Notes under the pieces: model-generated | What the model was told of the DNA's origin: nothing | Database searches by the model: none | The model's input: the letters and a program-made list of their open reading frames with translations, nothing else | Translations under genes and position numbers: made by a program | Shown here: positions 28,915-39,528 of the stretch, piece after piece | Position numbering within the stretch: position 1 is the stretch's first letter | Layout: every line of letters starts with the position of its first letter | IMG/VR virus record: IMGVR_UViG_3300041809_000308 | Coordinates: 14,797 to 78,796 of that record | Source of the DNA: a virus | Length of the DNA stretch: 64,000 nucleotides | Direction: 5' to 3' (one strand)

Positions 28915-30809
28915 TAGTGAACGTCCCCGTAATACAACGTGTTGAGGCAGTCGCCACAAAGCTTGAACTCGTACTCACGCTCTTCACGATTTGCTGCCTG
29001 AGCGTCTTCGAGATTGCGGTAGCCTTTGTAGTCGGTAATATCTCCGCCGCCGCCATTACAATAGTCGCACCCATCCCAACTGAAGTAAGGCTCACCTTCC
29101 GCTTCAAACAAGCCAGAAGAAATACACTCTGCAATGAAGTTCTGCATCTCTGGAGGAGTGAGACCAATATGCGGCTCATCCGAAGCTACAACTGAAGAAA
29201 GAGAAGCCTTAGGAATAATACGTACAGGTTTGCCTTTGGCAATGCCGTTTTTAACTTTAACAGCGACTCGCTTAACATCGCGCCCTTCGTCTACCCAGTC
29301 ATAGACGAGAGCCTTCTTAAGTGAAGGAGTTAGTATATAGTTGCCTAAACTATCCATGCTGAGCCAGTGGCTGCCTACCGAAATTACGTAACCACTAGAT
29401 TGAGCAAGAAGTGACGCAGCAGCCTTCTTTGACGCCACACGGTCATGACTTGGGTTGTTGGCGTGATGATTGAGAAGACAGTCGCCACAGAACTTTTCGT
29501 GACATGCGGGACAGTCAGTCGGACCTTCGGCGGTGCCGCAACTCTTGCACTTGGGAACCTCCCATTGAGCCGCAGCCTTACTCGCAGCCAGAGCTAAGGG
29601 AGCAAGCGCCTCAAGGGCTTCCCCAGCCCCACCAGCAGCCTCTTCAGCTTCAGCAGCCGGAGCAGCGAGGTCGCCCAATGATCCGCCGCCACCGCCTGAA
29701 TTGTTATTGTCATTAGACTCAGGCGGGGTTGATTCAATTTCATGATTGATGGGAAACTCTTCAGCCAGTTTCAAACCGCCGAAGGCCGCATGAATTGGTT
29801 GCAGTTCCTGCCTGTTGCGATTCTGGTATTTCCAAGCACCGCCAATGTTCTGCATGACTTCAATGAATGGGTTGACTTCTTCGCCGCCCAGTTCCTTGGT
29901 GACATAGGTGTCAATCAACTTGGGAAGATTTGCGAACAATATCTTGAACCAAGCTGGTGACTTGTCAGCGCCCAGTCCCTCTTTCCATTCCGCCCAAAGG
30001 TCAGTGCCTTTCGGGATGTCTCCTTCTCTTAAGTGAGCATAGAGAAGATCGAATATGGAGAGGTATTGAACCACCGTCTCATCGCGATACTTTTTTGAAA
30101 GGTAAGATTCAAAGCCGCGACGGAAGGTCAGCACATCGACGTCGGCGTCTACAGCGTTGTACTCGTTTGGCCGCTTGTGACGATACTGGTCAGCATCCAA
30201 CAGGTTGACATCCGGTTCACCCTCACCGACCTCTTGCCACATGGAGCTAGTGTTCTCTTGAAAGATGAACTGCTGGATGTAGCGGTTGGCTTCGGCGGTA
30301 CGCCAATTAAAATTCTGCATCAAAAACGTGGTGACTTGTCTCTCTAAAGGCAACTCGCGAATGTGGGCTGGAAATTTTTTGATAGCATCTTTGAAATTCT
30401 CAAGGATACTTCTCTCCGCCAAAGCGTTAATGATGATGTGATGGATGGCCTCATCCTGAACTTCAGGGTCTCTGGACATCAACTTGGGGGCGATTCTGGC
30501 TGAGAAGAACCTAGACCAGTTCATCTTCGGGTCAACGGGCAACCCTGCGGCAGCGATGTATTCTTTGACGTAGAGGTCAAAGTCCTTATTGTAGGCGACA
30601 ACCCAACGCATCCACGATGCAAATCGTGCGAGAGTGGAACTGATAGGACGGAAATTAGCGGGTGTGGGTACAGGGTTACCTTGCAGGTTGGCAAGCCTAA
30701 AAGTTGTGCCTTCACTGGATGCAATCTTAGAAGTAACACGGAGGACACCACCATTCGCAGTGTGGACGATAGAGCTAACGTGGATGGGGAACTTAGGCTT
30801 AGAGTTCAT
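28914..30809 (-). CDS. Hypothetical virion-associated protein with zinc-finger modules and K-x-A linkers
   Basis: 631-aa ORF; KLAE, SKAAA, RVASKKAAAS, VVAS; CxxC clusters. Confidence 0.6.
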   Translation of the reverse strand: MNSKPKFPIHVSSIVHTANGGVLRVTSKIASSEGTTFRLANLQGNPVPTPANFRPISSTLARFASWMRWVVAYNKDFDLYVKEYIAAAGLPVDPKMNWSRFFSARIAPKLMSRDPEVQDEAIHHIIINALAERSILENFKDAIKKFPAHIRELPLERQVTTFLMQNFNWRTAEANRYIQQFIFQENTSSMWQEVGEGEPDVNLLDADQYRHKRPNEYNAVDADVDVLTFRRGFESYLSKKYRDETVVQYLSIFDLLYAHLREGDIPKGTDLWAEWKEGLGADKSPAWFKILFANLPKLIDTYVTKELGGEEVNPFIEVMQNIGGAWKYQNRNRQELQPIHAAFGGLKLAEEFPINHEIESTPPESNDNNNSGGGGGSLGDLAAPAAEAEEAAGGAGEALEALAPLALAASKAAAQWEVPKCKSCGTAEGPTDCPACHEKFCGDCLLNHHANNPSHDRVASKKAAASLLAQSSGYVISVGSHWLSMDSLGNYILTPSLKKALVYDWVDEGRDVKRVAVKVKNGIAKGKPVRIIPKASLSSVVASDEPHIGLTPPEMQNFIAECISSGLFEAEGEPYFSWDGCDYCNGGGGDITDYKGYRNLEDAQAANREEREYEFKLCGDCLNTLYYGDVH

Positions 30810-31612
30810 GCAATTTCACCTATAATAGACGCAGAAAGTTGTTGAATATACTCAAAATGCTTTCCTGAAAAATTGTAACCAAGTCGAATCGCACGAGATA
30901 AGTTCTCAGGCGATTTACTCCCGGTCCATTTTGCGGCTTCCAGTAGTGAGGAAAACACATCTCCAGTTTCAACGCATCGAACTAGCTTTCTGATTTTAGT
31001 GAGAGTTTCTTCAGAGTGGGTTTTACCATAGAAATGATTGTTGGAACCGAGGACACTTTGACGTTGTTTTTCCCGAGATTCCAAACTACGGGTAAGTCCT
31101 GTGTGGGCGATTTTAAGCTTTCCGCGAGTCTCTTCTGATGGACCAAGTTTATTACGTGTGATTACTGCTTTCACTGCGTTTGGGTATGCCGGGTGTCCGA
31201 TAACCTTACTAATAATTGCATCTCGCACTTCAGGACGATTCCACATATCTCTGGAAGCGGCGGCTATTTTCTCACGAGTAGCTTGACTGTGGGGACCGGA
31301 GAATCCTTCACCGCCTCGGCAGATGTTATAGCCGACCTCTGGATTGCGAGAATTGAACAAAGCGATGAAGAACTGTTCCCATTGGTCGAGTTCTTCTCGC
31401 GTTTGAACATCAGAAAGAAGGGCGTGGATAGACCACGCTTTTTTGGGGTGTTTACGCATGGAAGCATACAGATATGAACCTGTGCGACCTCGCTTAAACT
31501 GGTACTTAGCGTCAGACATTTTATCTTGAAGATACTTCTTCAAGTTCTTGCCTTTATGTTGCCCTACGTAATACTTGCCCGTGATACGATTGACGATTAG
31601 ATAGATGAACAC
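30806..31612 (-). CDS. GIY-YIG homing endonuclease (NUMOD3/NUMOD1-like)
   Basis: FIYLIVNRITGKYYVGQH, GYNICRGGEG, NHFYGKTHSEET. Confidence 0.9.
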   Translation of the reverse strand: MFIYLIVNRITGKYYVGQHKGKNLKKYLQDKMSDAKYQFKRGRTGSYLYASMRKHPKKAWSIHALLSDVQTREELDQWEQFFIALFNSRNPEVGYNICRGGEGFSGPHSQATREKIAAASRDMWNRPEVRDAIISKVIGHPAYPNAVKAVITRNKLGPSEETRGKLKIAHTGLTRSLESREKQRQSVLGSNNHFYGKTHSEETLTKIRKLVRCVETGDVFSSLLEAAKWTGSKSPENLSRAIRLGYNFSGKHFEYIQQLSASIIGEIA

Positions 31613-31657
31613 AACCTACCTCTCTACCTAATACTGTGAAAGTCAAGTTTCTCGACC

Positions 31658-31885
31658 TCAATCCAACGTAGGGTCGTTGGGCGAAAAGTCGGTCTTTTTG
31701 TCTTCCGCCATAACAGATTTCAAGGTTTCGAGATACTCCGCATGATCCTCAAAAGCCTGAGGGTCATGCGGGGCTCCCTTTTCGTCGTCAGCAGCGGTCT
31801 TCGTTGCCGCGCCCATGCGGGTTAGCTCCGAAGCGTAAAGAGAGTTCATCGCTTGAGCATCAACTTGTGCGATTTTGTTAGCCAT
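31658..31885 (-). CDS. Small acidic protein with a KTAA motif (putative internal head protein)
   Basis: MANKIAQ start with a GGAG RBS and the late motif at 31927-31942. Confidence 0.6.
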   Translation of the reverse strand: MANKIAQVDAQAMNSLYASELTRMGAATKTAADDEKGAPHDPQAFEDHAEYLETLKSVMAEDKKTDFSPNDPTLD

Positions 31886-31949
31886 TGTGGAAATTCTCCT
31901 ATAGGTAGTAAAAAATACCAACCCTACTAAGGAATTCGTAGTTAAGATT

Positions 31950-32180
31950 TTAAGGTGCTGCTCCTGATAGGTGTAACCAAGACTGCTCGACACATTCATA
32001 AATGGTCACTTTAAGCACGCCATCTGCTGAATAGTACCGGCCTGTTTCCTTCAAATAACCGGGACGACACTTGCTATATTTATGCACTTCATAGTAGTCC
32101 CTGTTGACCCCCTTTGAGGGGTGGATACACCCAAAAAGGGGGAGGGATATAAGAGCACCGAGAACCAACAACCCCCTCAT
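31950..32180 (-). CDS. Small lipoprotein (possible o-spanin)
   Basis: Signal peptide ending in a LFGC lipobox; ATGA overlap with the upstream coiled-coil gene. Confidence 0.5.
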   Translation of the reverse strand: MRGLLVLGALISLPLFGCIHPSKGVNRDYYEVHKYSKCRPGYLKETGRYYSADGVLKVTIYECVEQSWLHLSGAAP

Positions 32181-32587
32181 TTGACACCTGACTGAGACGG
32201 TGGTGCTTCAAGTTGCTGCTTGGCTTTTTGTGCATTCATCAAACTTTGTTGGGCCCTTGTTTGACCCTGTAGGGCATCCTCCTCCGCCTTTTGCAGTTGA
32301 ACAAGATTCTCAATTTGATTAGCCTGAGCAACCACCACTTGCTTCTGCAAATCAGCAATTTCCACCTTTAGATTGGCAATATCCACATCTTTCTGAGCCA
32401 AGTCCAAATTTTGTTGTGCGATTTGCTTCTTCAAAGAAGCCACTAAATCAGTCTGTGGGGTGGAGTCTGCGGTCGGCGCAGACTCCACAGGGGTGGTGGT
32501 TACTTTCTTCGGCGACTTTGCCATTGCCATTGTACTGACAAATAGTAATACAAGTGATAAAGCAACAACGATTTTCTCCTGTTTCAT
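32177..32587 (-). CDS. Membrane-anchored or secreted coiled-coil protein (possible i-spanin)
   Basis: MKQEKIVVALSLVLLFVSTMAMA followed by a Gln-rich heptad coil. Confidence 0.5.
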   Translation of the reverse strand: MKQEKIVVALSLVLLFVSTMAMAKSPKKVTTTPVESAPTADSTPQTDLVASLKKQIAQQNLDLAQKDVDIANLKVEIADLQKQVVVAQANQIENLVQLQKAEEDALQGQTRAQQSLMNAQKAKQQLEAPPSQSGVK

Positions 32588-32691
32588 GCGTAAAGATTCT
32601 CCTCTCCCGTGTAGGGGTGTCGATAATATAATACCGCCCGAACAAGCCCCGAGACGACCGGAAATATCTCCCACAATCGCCACATCGCCAT

Positions 32692-35600
32692 TTAATTTCC
32701 GCCACAATTGTAGAATACGTCCCATGTAATATCTACTTGAAAATCTTGGCTAACAGAATTTTCACCAATTACAATGGTCGGAGATGATCCTGAAGTCGTC
32801 ACAACGGTCATATCCGTCGCTCCGACTCCCTGATTTCCGGCGGCAGGTAGGATGCTCACCACACAATTTGCCTTATTTGTTCTAGTACCCGGCAAATTGA
32901 TAGTCATGAGAGTTGCCGTTGTAAGTCCAACATCGCCGCCAGAAATTTGCCAATCGCCAGAGAGCGAATCACATACATGTCCACTAGCACAGCCGACTGA
33001 GGAGAAATTACTGAGGGCTGAACCGCCTGAAACCGTGGCAGTCCCGGTACCTGCCAAACTAGTTAAAACTGTGGGGAATGGAATTGACACTGAAGCCACC
33101 CCCGTACTCCCGGAGGGGTGGGCGAAGGTCAATGTAGAGGTTGGGTTGGTTCCTGTACCCACCACATTTGTCATAGACCAGTCATCATTTATCGCACTAC
33201 CGTTCCAAACACTCGAATAAAAGTTGAGAGAGTAGGAATTGTAGTTAGCTCCCGATGTGGCTGTGCCCGAGGGGGTGATATAGGATGCAGTGAAATCTGT
33301 AGAGCCTGTAAAGTTCGCACTGTTAAATGTTGGCCCGGTTGCCAGCGCAAACACCGTTCCAATGCCTGTACAGGTATTCGCAGTAAATTGACTACTTGAA
33401 TTAGTCCCCACATTACACGCCGAAGCAGGAATTGAACCCCCATTTACCTTAACAACTGTAGTTGCCACACCACCATTACTGCTCGTCATATCCCCTGTAA
33501 ATCCGGGCATGATCGCGGTTGGGAGGTACCCGCTACCTGTCAATTGTGGGATGTCATTAGCACTAGTGCCAACCGTGTAACTACCCCCCCACGCTGATCC
33601 TGTAGAATTTGGAATACCCGCAGCAGGATAGTTAAAGCTTACCGGAGCATACCACTTATCCAGCACATAGGCTCCAAAAGCCCCATAAATTGCAGTCTGT
33701 GTCGTACATTGATTTGCGGTGGTTGAAATTGTAAATCCGTTTAGCCAATTAGACGGCCATGTGAGGGTGTACGGGCCCCCACTACTAGCTTGACATGCGG
33801 TCACGGTGACCGCCGCACCCGGAGACCCATTCGCAATCGTCAAAGTCGTATTACCTGTAAGATAAAGACTGTTCAGGGCTCCGTTGTACGAATTGAGAGC
33901 TACAGTTCCTGTAGCGGCTATATTAGCAGTTTCATTAGCATTTGATCCACTTAAAGGTAAAGATGTTGGCGTACCTAAGTTTGTGGCCGTTACATTAGCA
34001 ACAACTGGCTCATTTGCTGGAGTAAAAATGCTCGTATAGAGGAAGTTACCGATGTTATTGACCACAGCACCGTTGATTATGATTTGACCTGTTGAACTCG
34101 TTCCATTTGGAAATGAAATCAAGGTATCCCCGGATGTGCTTGACGCGGCTACATACGAAACATCTGTGGCGGTGAATGTTCCGGTCAATTGACTCTGTTC
34201 ATAGAATAAGGCACCCGCCGCAGCCGCACCAGATTCTTGTATCAAGTGATCGTTAACGAGATCAATCGACGCTGGTTGCACACCACCACCAAGGAAAACG
34301 ATAGCCGTCATTGCTGTTGAACTATTGAAGTCAAAGCTGGAGTTAGTTATTTTGAGATGATTGAGACTTCCCTCAAGATAAATCGGTGCGAAAAGACCGC
34401 CGGTCATATTCCACATGTTCATGCCGTCGATGTCCAGAGTATTTATAAGGGTCGTAGTACTGAACGCGCCCTGCCATACGGCCAGCATAGTAGGTGTGTT
34501 CGACAGACTAGTCTGTAAATCTTCGATTTTCAAGTTATTTATTACTATGTTCCATGTGGACCCCGGCGGAGGGATCAGTATAAGTCCCTCTTGTTCACCC
34601 GATCCTACAGGATTCATCAAACCGTTGTAGGCTGAGAGGGTCTGTCCAATGTGACGTAAGGTGATGTCGCCACCTGCATAGGTGGAAATTTGCACTGCGC
34701 TGGCTCCAATGTTTCCGCCTACGTCATCTACGATGATCTTGTCTAGTTGACCCTGCTCCAAGCCGACAGCGTAGTTAAAACCAAAGGGAAGAGAGCCCCC
34801 AGTACAAGCTGTACACGTATAGGGAGCACCAATCACATGTGTAATTCTAATGTTACGAACTGGGATAGGCGCTCCACTTGAATATGATATTGGAGTTGCC
34901 CCGGAAACAGCTACACCATGACTTTGAACTGATCCACCCACCACATTACTTATTGACACCCCTGAAATCACACCATAAACCATCTCAGTGTTTGGATAAT
35001 AATTGCCATCAGCCGCTGCCAACGCCACCATATCATCCCCGGACGTTCCAAACACACCATCAACAACCCCACTCTTTATCGGCCCCACCATGTGAAGCCC
35101 ATCCTGTGCGTAAACCCACCCACGCACCGTCAGATTTTTGAACACAAAGTCATCAGAGTCCATAATCCAAAAATTGTAATGTCCAACACCAGTGGGTACT
35201 GTGCAGGAGCCGTCACATGCATAAATATTTTCTAGGTGCAAGCGATTGGTCGAGACCATCCATATTCCGAAACCGTATTCCGCTGGTGCTCCCCCTTGCA
35301 TCAAAAGGTTAAGATTCTTGACGGTGATGTCATGGTCACGGGAAATGATTTTACAGGTTGTTGGGTTGGAAGCCGCAGATGGAGGGTCGGATAAAGTCGC
35401 CGAGGTTGTGCTATTCACAGCAGCTATTGTTGTGTGCCAATCAGTGCTTCCAACTGGAGGGCCACCAAAAGCCAGCCCCCCGGCGTATCCGCCAACACAA
35501 TCAATAGACTCCGTGCCCACATCTGCTTGAGTAAAATTGCACGTTGCAGATGTGATCGTATCAGAGCCCGGAGTCAAAACAACGTCTGTGCAAGTGCGGT

Positions 35601-36090
35601 TTGGTACTTGTGCAATTTGCGAGTTGCCCAAAATATAGTCATCGCTTGAAGGGTTGTAAGTGATCGTGGTGCTGTTGAGCCCATCCCAAATGGTGTTTGA
35701 TCCGATGGTAAGATGCCCGGATGTTGACCCCAAAACGCAGTTACCCGTGGTAGTCACATACCCCCCTGCGTTCAGTGCCGCTTGCAATGCTGCTGTATCG
35801 TTAACACCGCCACAAACCACACTGGGTTTAGAGAAATTATCAACCTCCCAGCCATCCGTACCGCAATGGTAGCGTCCATTGGGAGTTACAGACCTGTCTT
35901 GATATGGTTGCCCATAATTTGCGGCTGTACAACTTACACCCACTGTCGTAGGGGTTCCAAGACCCGTGATGAGCGGCCAACGAATATCTGTAGTGGGGTT
36001 AACCTGCGCTCTGGCGCTCCCAACAACAGTCATCAAAAGACCGAACAACAAACAACTACTAACTCGCATAAATCTCATGTGTATCTCCAT
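32692..36090 (-). CDS. Pectin-lyase-fold (GH28-like) beta-helix tailspike/depolymerase with an N-terminal signal peptide
   Basis: DTAALQAAL; QDGLH..SGDDMVA..SHG; Ser/Thr/Gly-rich C-terminal fibre-like region. Confidence 0.7.
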   Translation of the reverse strand: MEIHMRFMRVSSCLLFGLLMTVVGSARAQVNPTTDIRWPLITGLGTPTTVGVSCTAANYGQPYQDRSVTPNGRYHCGTDGWEVDNFSKPSVVCGGVNDTAALQAALNAGGYVTTTGNCVLGSTSGHLTIGSNTIWDGLNSTTITYNPSSDDYILGNSQIAQVPNRTCTDVVLTPGSDTITSATCNFTQADVGTESIDCVGGYAGGLAFGGPPVGSTDWHTTIAAVNSTTSATLSDPPSAASNPTTCKIISRDHDITVKNLNLLMQGGAPAEYGFGIWMVSTNRLHLENIYACDGSCTVPTGVGHYNFWIMDSDDFVFKNLTVRGWVYAQDGLHMVGPIKSGVVDGVFGTSGDDMVALAAADGNYYPNTEMVYGVISGVSISNVVGGSVQSHGVAVSGATPISYSSGAPIPVRNIRITHVIGAPYTCTACTGGSLPFGFNYAVGLEQGQLDKIIVDDVGGNIGASAVQISTYAGGDITLRHIGQTLSAYNGLMNPVGSGEQEGLILIPPPGSTWNIVINNLKIEDLQTSLSNTPTMLAVWQGAFSTTTLINTLDIDGMNMWNMTGGLFAPIYLEGSLNHLKITNSSFDFNSSTAMTAIVFLGGGVQPASIDLVNDHLIQESGAAAAGALFYEQSQLTGTFTATDVSYVAASSTSGDTLISFPNGTSSTGQIIINGAVVNNIGNFLYTSIFTPANEPVVANVTATNLGTPTSLPLSGSNANETANIAATGTVALNSYNGALNSLYLTGNTTLTIANGSPGAAVTVTACQASSGGPYTLTWPSNWLNGFTISTTANQCTTQTAIYGAFGAYVLDKWYAPVSFNYPAAGIPNSTGSAWGGSYTVGTSANDIPQLTGSGYLPTAIMPGFTGDMTSSNGGVATTVVKVNGGSIPASACNVGTNSSSQFTANTCTGIGTVFALATGPTFNSANFTGSTDFTASYITPSGTATSGANYNSYSLNFYSSVWNGSAINDDWSMTNVVGTGTNPTSTLTFAHPSGSTGVASVSIPFPTVLTSLAGTGTATVSGGSALSNFSSVGCASGHVCDSLSGDWQISGGDVGLTTATLMTINLPGTRTNKANCVVSILPAAGNQGVGATDMTVVTTSGSSPTIVIGENSVSQDFQVDITWDVFYNCGGN

Positions 36091-37363
36091 TTGTGGTATT
36101 GGGTGGTGGTGAGAATAATATCGTCAGGACATTGCCTGTGATACTATAGTAAGAACCATATATTCTTTTGAGTCCATTTACAAAATAAAATGACCTTGTT
36201 GGATTGACAGGCGTGAGTGGAAGCGTGTAAGTTGTTCCACCATTCGGGGCTGAAATTATCAAGGGAGCACCGAGCGTGCTCGTAATTACACCAAAGGCAA
36301 CTGCAACAGTAGTCCCATCGGGTTTTACAATGCCAAGATTGCTGGTGGTCGCTGTTGGCAGAGAAGTAGCAACAAGTTGACCAGATGAATTTGTTGCTAC
36401 GTACAACGCTGAAATTGGAACCGCTGCGCCATTGACCCGAATCACAGTCGCTGCTTGTGAACCACTTCCCGGTCCTGAAGTTACGTCACCAGTAAGCTGG
36501 TCAATTCCAGACGTTCCAGAAATGGCGCTAATAACCCCATCAGTGATAGAAATGGTGGTTCCGTCTGGTTTAACTGCCCCTAGTATTGAAGTAGTGGCTA
36601 CTGGTAAATCTGCTGCAACCAAGGTTCTAAACGCTGGAACTGCTGCTGAACCTGAAACGGGACCGGCGAATACCGAATTTGCATTCTGAGGATTATCTAC
36701 AATAACAAGTGTTCCACTTGTCGTAATAGGTGAACCAGATACCCCTTGATGCGCTGGAACAGACAAAGCCACGCTCGATACTGTACCAACCCCTGCTGGT
36801 AAGTCAGCAAATACAAGATTACGAAATGCGGGAGTTCCCGCAGAGCCCGAAGGAGGACCGGCGTATACCGAGTTGATGGCCTGATTTGCTTTTGTAACAG
36901 TGAAGGTGCCCTCTGATGTAATAGGAGAGCCCGTAACAGTGAACTCTGAGGGCATGGACAAAGCCACGCTAGTCAAACCGGCGAGAGGTTCCCATGTCGA
37001 GCCCGTGTAATAAAAGAACTCACCAAGATTATCTGCCCAAACAATCCACCCTGTGTTGGGGATGTAGAAATCCCACGCAGGAACCAAATTGTTACTTCCT
37101 ATTTGAGTAGCTTGCGTCGTCCACACAGCTATCTGGTTGACTTTCCCTGTCCATATCCCCGAAGGAGTACCTAAAAGAAGATAGGCATCCCCATTATTTG
37201 GAAATGGTGGTGGTACCGTCACTGTCGTGTTCAACACGCTAGCTTGAATGAGATTATCTATTGCCCTCAAAAAGGGGCGGAGTTGGTCATAGTATGCCTC
37301 GCCTATCGTGGCATTGTTTATCAAGCCAAGCTTAGGTCCGAAAGATAGCACCGCTGTTCCCAT
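36059..37363 (-). CDS. DUF2793-like tail fibre protein
   Basis: PP..GDAYL..G.W.G..NQIAVW..W.F..P..GW N-terminus; repeated TSVALS.P..GSPIT.SGT and GxVKPDGTT. Confidence 0.7.
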   Translation of the reverse strand: MGTAVLSFGPKLGLINNATIGEAYYDQLRPFLRAIDNLIQASVLNTTVTVPPPFPNNGDAYLLLGTPSGIWTGKVNQIAVWTTQATQIGSNNLVPAWDFYIPNTGWIVWADNLGEFFYYTGSTWEPLAGLTSVALSMPSEFTVTGSPITSEGTFTVTKANQAINSVYAGPPSGSAGTPAFRNLVFADLPAGVGTVSSVALSVPAHQGVSGSPITTSGTLVIVDNPQNANSVFAGPVSGSAAVPAFRTLVAADLPVATTSILGAVKPDGTTISITDGVISAISGTSGIDQLTGDVTSGPGSGSQAATVIRVNGAAVPISALYVATNSSGQLVATSLPTATTSNLGIVKPDGTTVAVAFGVITSTLGAPLIISAPNGGTTYTLPLTPVNPTRSFYFVNGLKRIYGSYYSITGNVLTILFSPPPNTTNGDTHEIYAS

Positions 37364-37380
37364 AAATATTTCCTTTCCTC

Positions 37381-38088
37381 TTAGCTTGAAAATTCCTGTG
37401 CAAAGTTCTGCCCGAACCCATCTGTGATTACAATGGGGGTGAAAATTACAGTAAGGGGTAAGAGAATTGTCACCGCAATGTGGGTGAGTGTGTCATAAGC
37501 ATTGAAAGTCAAAGTCATACTCTGCTGTAATCCGTTTACAATCTCATACAACCCCTCAGTGCCCACAACAGAGATAAGCCCCGAATTAACAGGGGGGTCA
37601 ACCCCGTTATTCCCTGTAATCTCCACCTGTACAATGTTTACCGTATTCCAAACAACGTAAATAGGTGTATATGCAACCATTGTTGATGGTATTGCATCCG
37701 CAAAAGCCATAGGGGCTAAAGCCCCATCGCCTAAAGTGCTGTATACGCCCATAAGAGCAAAACCGGGAAGGTACACTGTAGTAATCGGTGAAATTGATTG
37801 TGTAGCGTAAAACGGCGGATTTGGCATGTGGTGGATTACTTGAACCACACCTTGTAAATTGATGTTCTGACTCATGTAGAGCAGGTACCGATTGTTGGGC
37901 AAGTCAAACACAAAACTACGCACAGAAACCAAAGTGCCGTCTACATAGACTCTCAAATCCCGACGAGGATCGAATGCTCCTAACGGTCCAATCTGTGTCA
38001 ACGGCCCTGTGTAGCTGTCTCCTAGAATCCACTGAATGCGATTAGGGTATGGGGCGTTGGTCTGAATACTCATCTCAGTCATTGTCAC
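37381..38088 (-). CDS. Hypothetical structural (tail/baseplate-associated) protein
   Basis: Beta-rich ORF in the tail-fibre operon. Confidence 0.5.
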   Translation of the reverse strand: MTMTEMSIQTNAPYPNRIQWILGDSYTGPLTQIGPLGAFDPRRDLRVYVDGTLVSVRSFVFDLPNNRYLLYMSQNINLQGVVQVIHHMPNPPFYATQSISPITTVYLPGFALMGVYSTLGDGALAPMAFADAIPSTMVAYTPIYVVWNTVNIVQVEITGNNGVDPPVNSGLISVVGTEGLYEIVNGLQQSMTLTFNAYDTLTHIAVTILLPLTVIFTPIVITDGFGQNFAQEFSS

Positions 38089-39523
38089 CCTCCGCTACAG
38101 ATGCCAATAAAGATGCTTCCAATGAAGTTTGCTTTCTCTTTCTCATATCTTCAACAAACTTCTTTGCCCTCTCAGTAGACTCGTCAACCCGTTGACGAGT
38201 GGACTCCAGTGCCTGAATCAATTCTTCATCGGTGGGCACGTTATGCCCGTGTTCCTGTTTCTCGTCTTCAGTCTCGTATGGAAGACCCCTATGCAAGTGG
38301 GGTTGATTCTTAATTTTCTTGTGATGCTCTTCGCGAAGCTTTTCTTCTTCCTGCTCAGTCAACGCGGTGAGGTCTTCTTCACCTTCAGGCTCTTCCGCAG
38401 TGATGTCCTCTGTCTTAGGTGTCTCCACCGTAGCAGGAGCCGGAAGAGTGGCCGGATGGTCACGACCAACAACATCAGGATTCTGTCCCTCTTGAGCGAG
38501 GGCTTTGTCTTCTTCGTGCTTGATTTTACCGAGAGATTCTTCCTCCTCCCGCTGCCGCAAAGCATCAAGCAGCTTTTGTTGAATCTCCTTGTTCTTCAAC
38601 TTGCGGATTTTCTTCAGTTCCTGCCGCTTCTTCATTTCATCCTGCCGCTTTTTCAGCCGGTCAGGAGTTTCCTTCTGCTTCAGTTGTTCCTTGTTCTTGC
38701 GAACCTCCATCTCGCGAACGATGTTGATGATGTTGTGTTGGACGGAGGGGAGGATGCGTTCGAGCACAGCCTTGCAGTGCTTGCAGATGACGAAGTTGCC
38801 GCGCAGGTCGAGTCGTTGCGTTGGTGCCACAAGTTCAGGACGGGGCTTGCCGAGGAGACCGTCACGCTGGTGAAGATTCCACTGGGCTCCCCAATAGAGA
38901 AAGGCGGGGCAGGAGCAATTCAACTGCACATCGAGGTCGTTGGCGTTCTGTGTTTCCTGCACCTTAGAGACATCGAACTTAACGCGCACGTCGTGACCGG
39001 ATGGGTCGGAGTAGGACTCACGACACTTGACATTGTAGTGAAGGAAAAGCTGCTTGGGGTTTGAATCAAGGAGAGACGCTTCGCATCCCGGACGCCGTTT
39101 GACTGAGAAAGCGTTTGTCTGAGCAACCAACTCCGGTACTGAGATGGCAACTTTGGTGATAGGTGCTTTACACTGTCCCAGTGGGATGGATATGAAAAAC
39201 AGTGAGGCTCTCTTTGAATTGGTTGTCTTCACGAGATGAACAACCCCGGCTTCATAATCAATCAAGTCGATGATTTTGCCGCCAAACTTCTCTTTCAACG
39301 CGATGTCGAAAGAGTTGAATTTTTCAATCGTGTCGTCATCAAACTGACGCAAACGGTCTGAGTCCTCTCCACTTATAGGAAGAGTTGCCATGCTCCACTG
39401 TACGAAGTTTGGAGCATCCTGTTCCTCATCCAATCCCTCGTCCTGAATGGCATTCCAAACATCCGGGGTTACTGTCTTGAAGAGCAGAGTGCTAACCGCA
39501 TCAATGTAGTTGGATTCGCTCAC
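38075..39523 (-). CDS. SWIM-type zinc-finger protein with K-x-A linkers
   Basis: CSCPAF.YWG...CKH; KRAS, KVAI. Confidence 0.65.
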   Translation of the reverse strand: MSESNYIDAVSTLLFKTVTPDVWNAIQDEGLDEEQDAPNFVQWSMATLPISGEDSDRLRQFDDDTIEKFNSFDIALKEKFGGKIIDLIDYEAGVVHLVKTTNSKRASLFFISIPLGQCKAPITKVAISVPELVAQTNAFSVKRRPGCEASLLDSNPKQLFLHYNVKCRESYSDPSGHDVRVKFDVSKVQETQNANDLDVQLNCSCPAFLYWGAQWNLHQRDGLLGKPRPELVAPTQRLDLRGNFVICKHCKAVLERILPSVQHNIINIVREMEVRKNKEQLKQKETPDRLKKRQDEMKKRQELKKIRKLKNKEIQQKLLDALRQREEEESLGKIKHEEDKALAQEGQNPDVVGRDHPATLPAPATVETPKTEDITAEEPEGEEDLTALTEQEEEKLREEHHKKIKNQPHLHRGLPYETEDEKQEHGHNVPTDEELIQALESTRQRVDESTERAKKFVEDMRKRKQTSLEASLLASVAEGDND

Positions 39524-39528
39524 GCAGA

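Noticed and set aside
32692-37363. Diversity-generating retroelement target, or host assignment from the tail fibres
   Set aside because: No reverse transcriptase or TR/VR pair is visible, and the host cannot be supported without searches.
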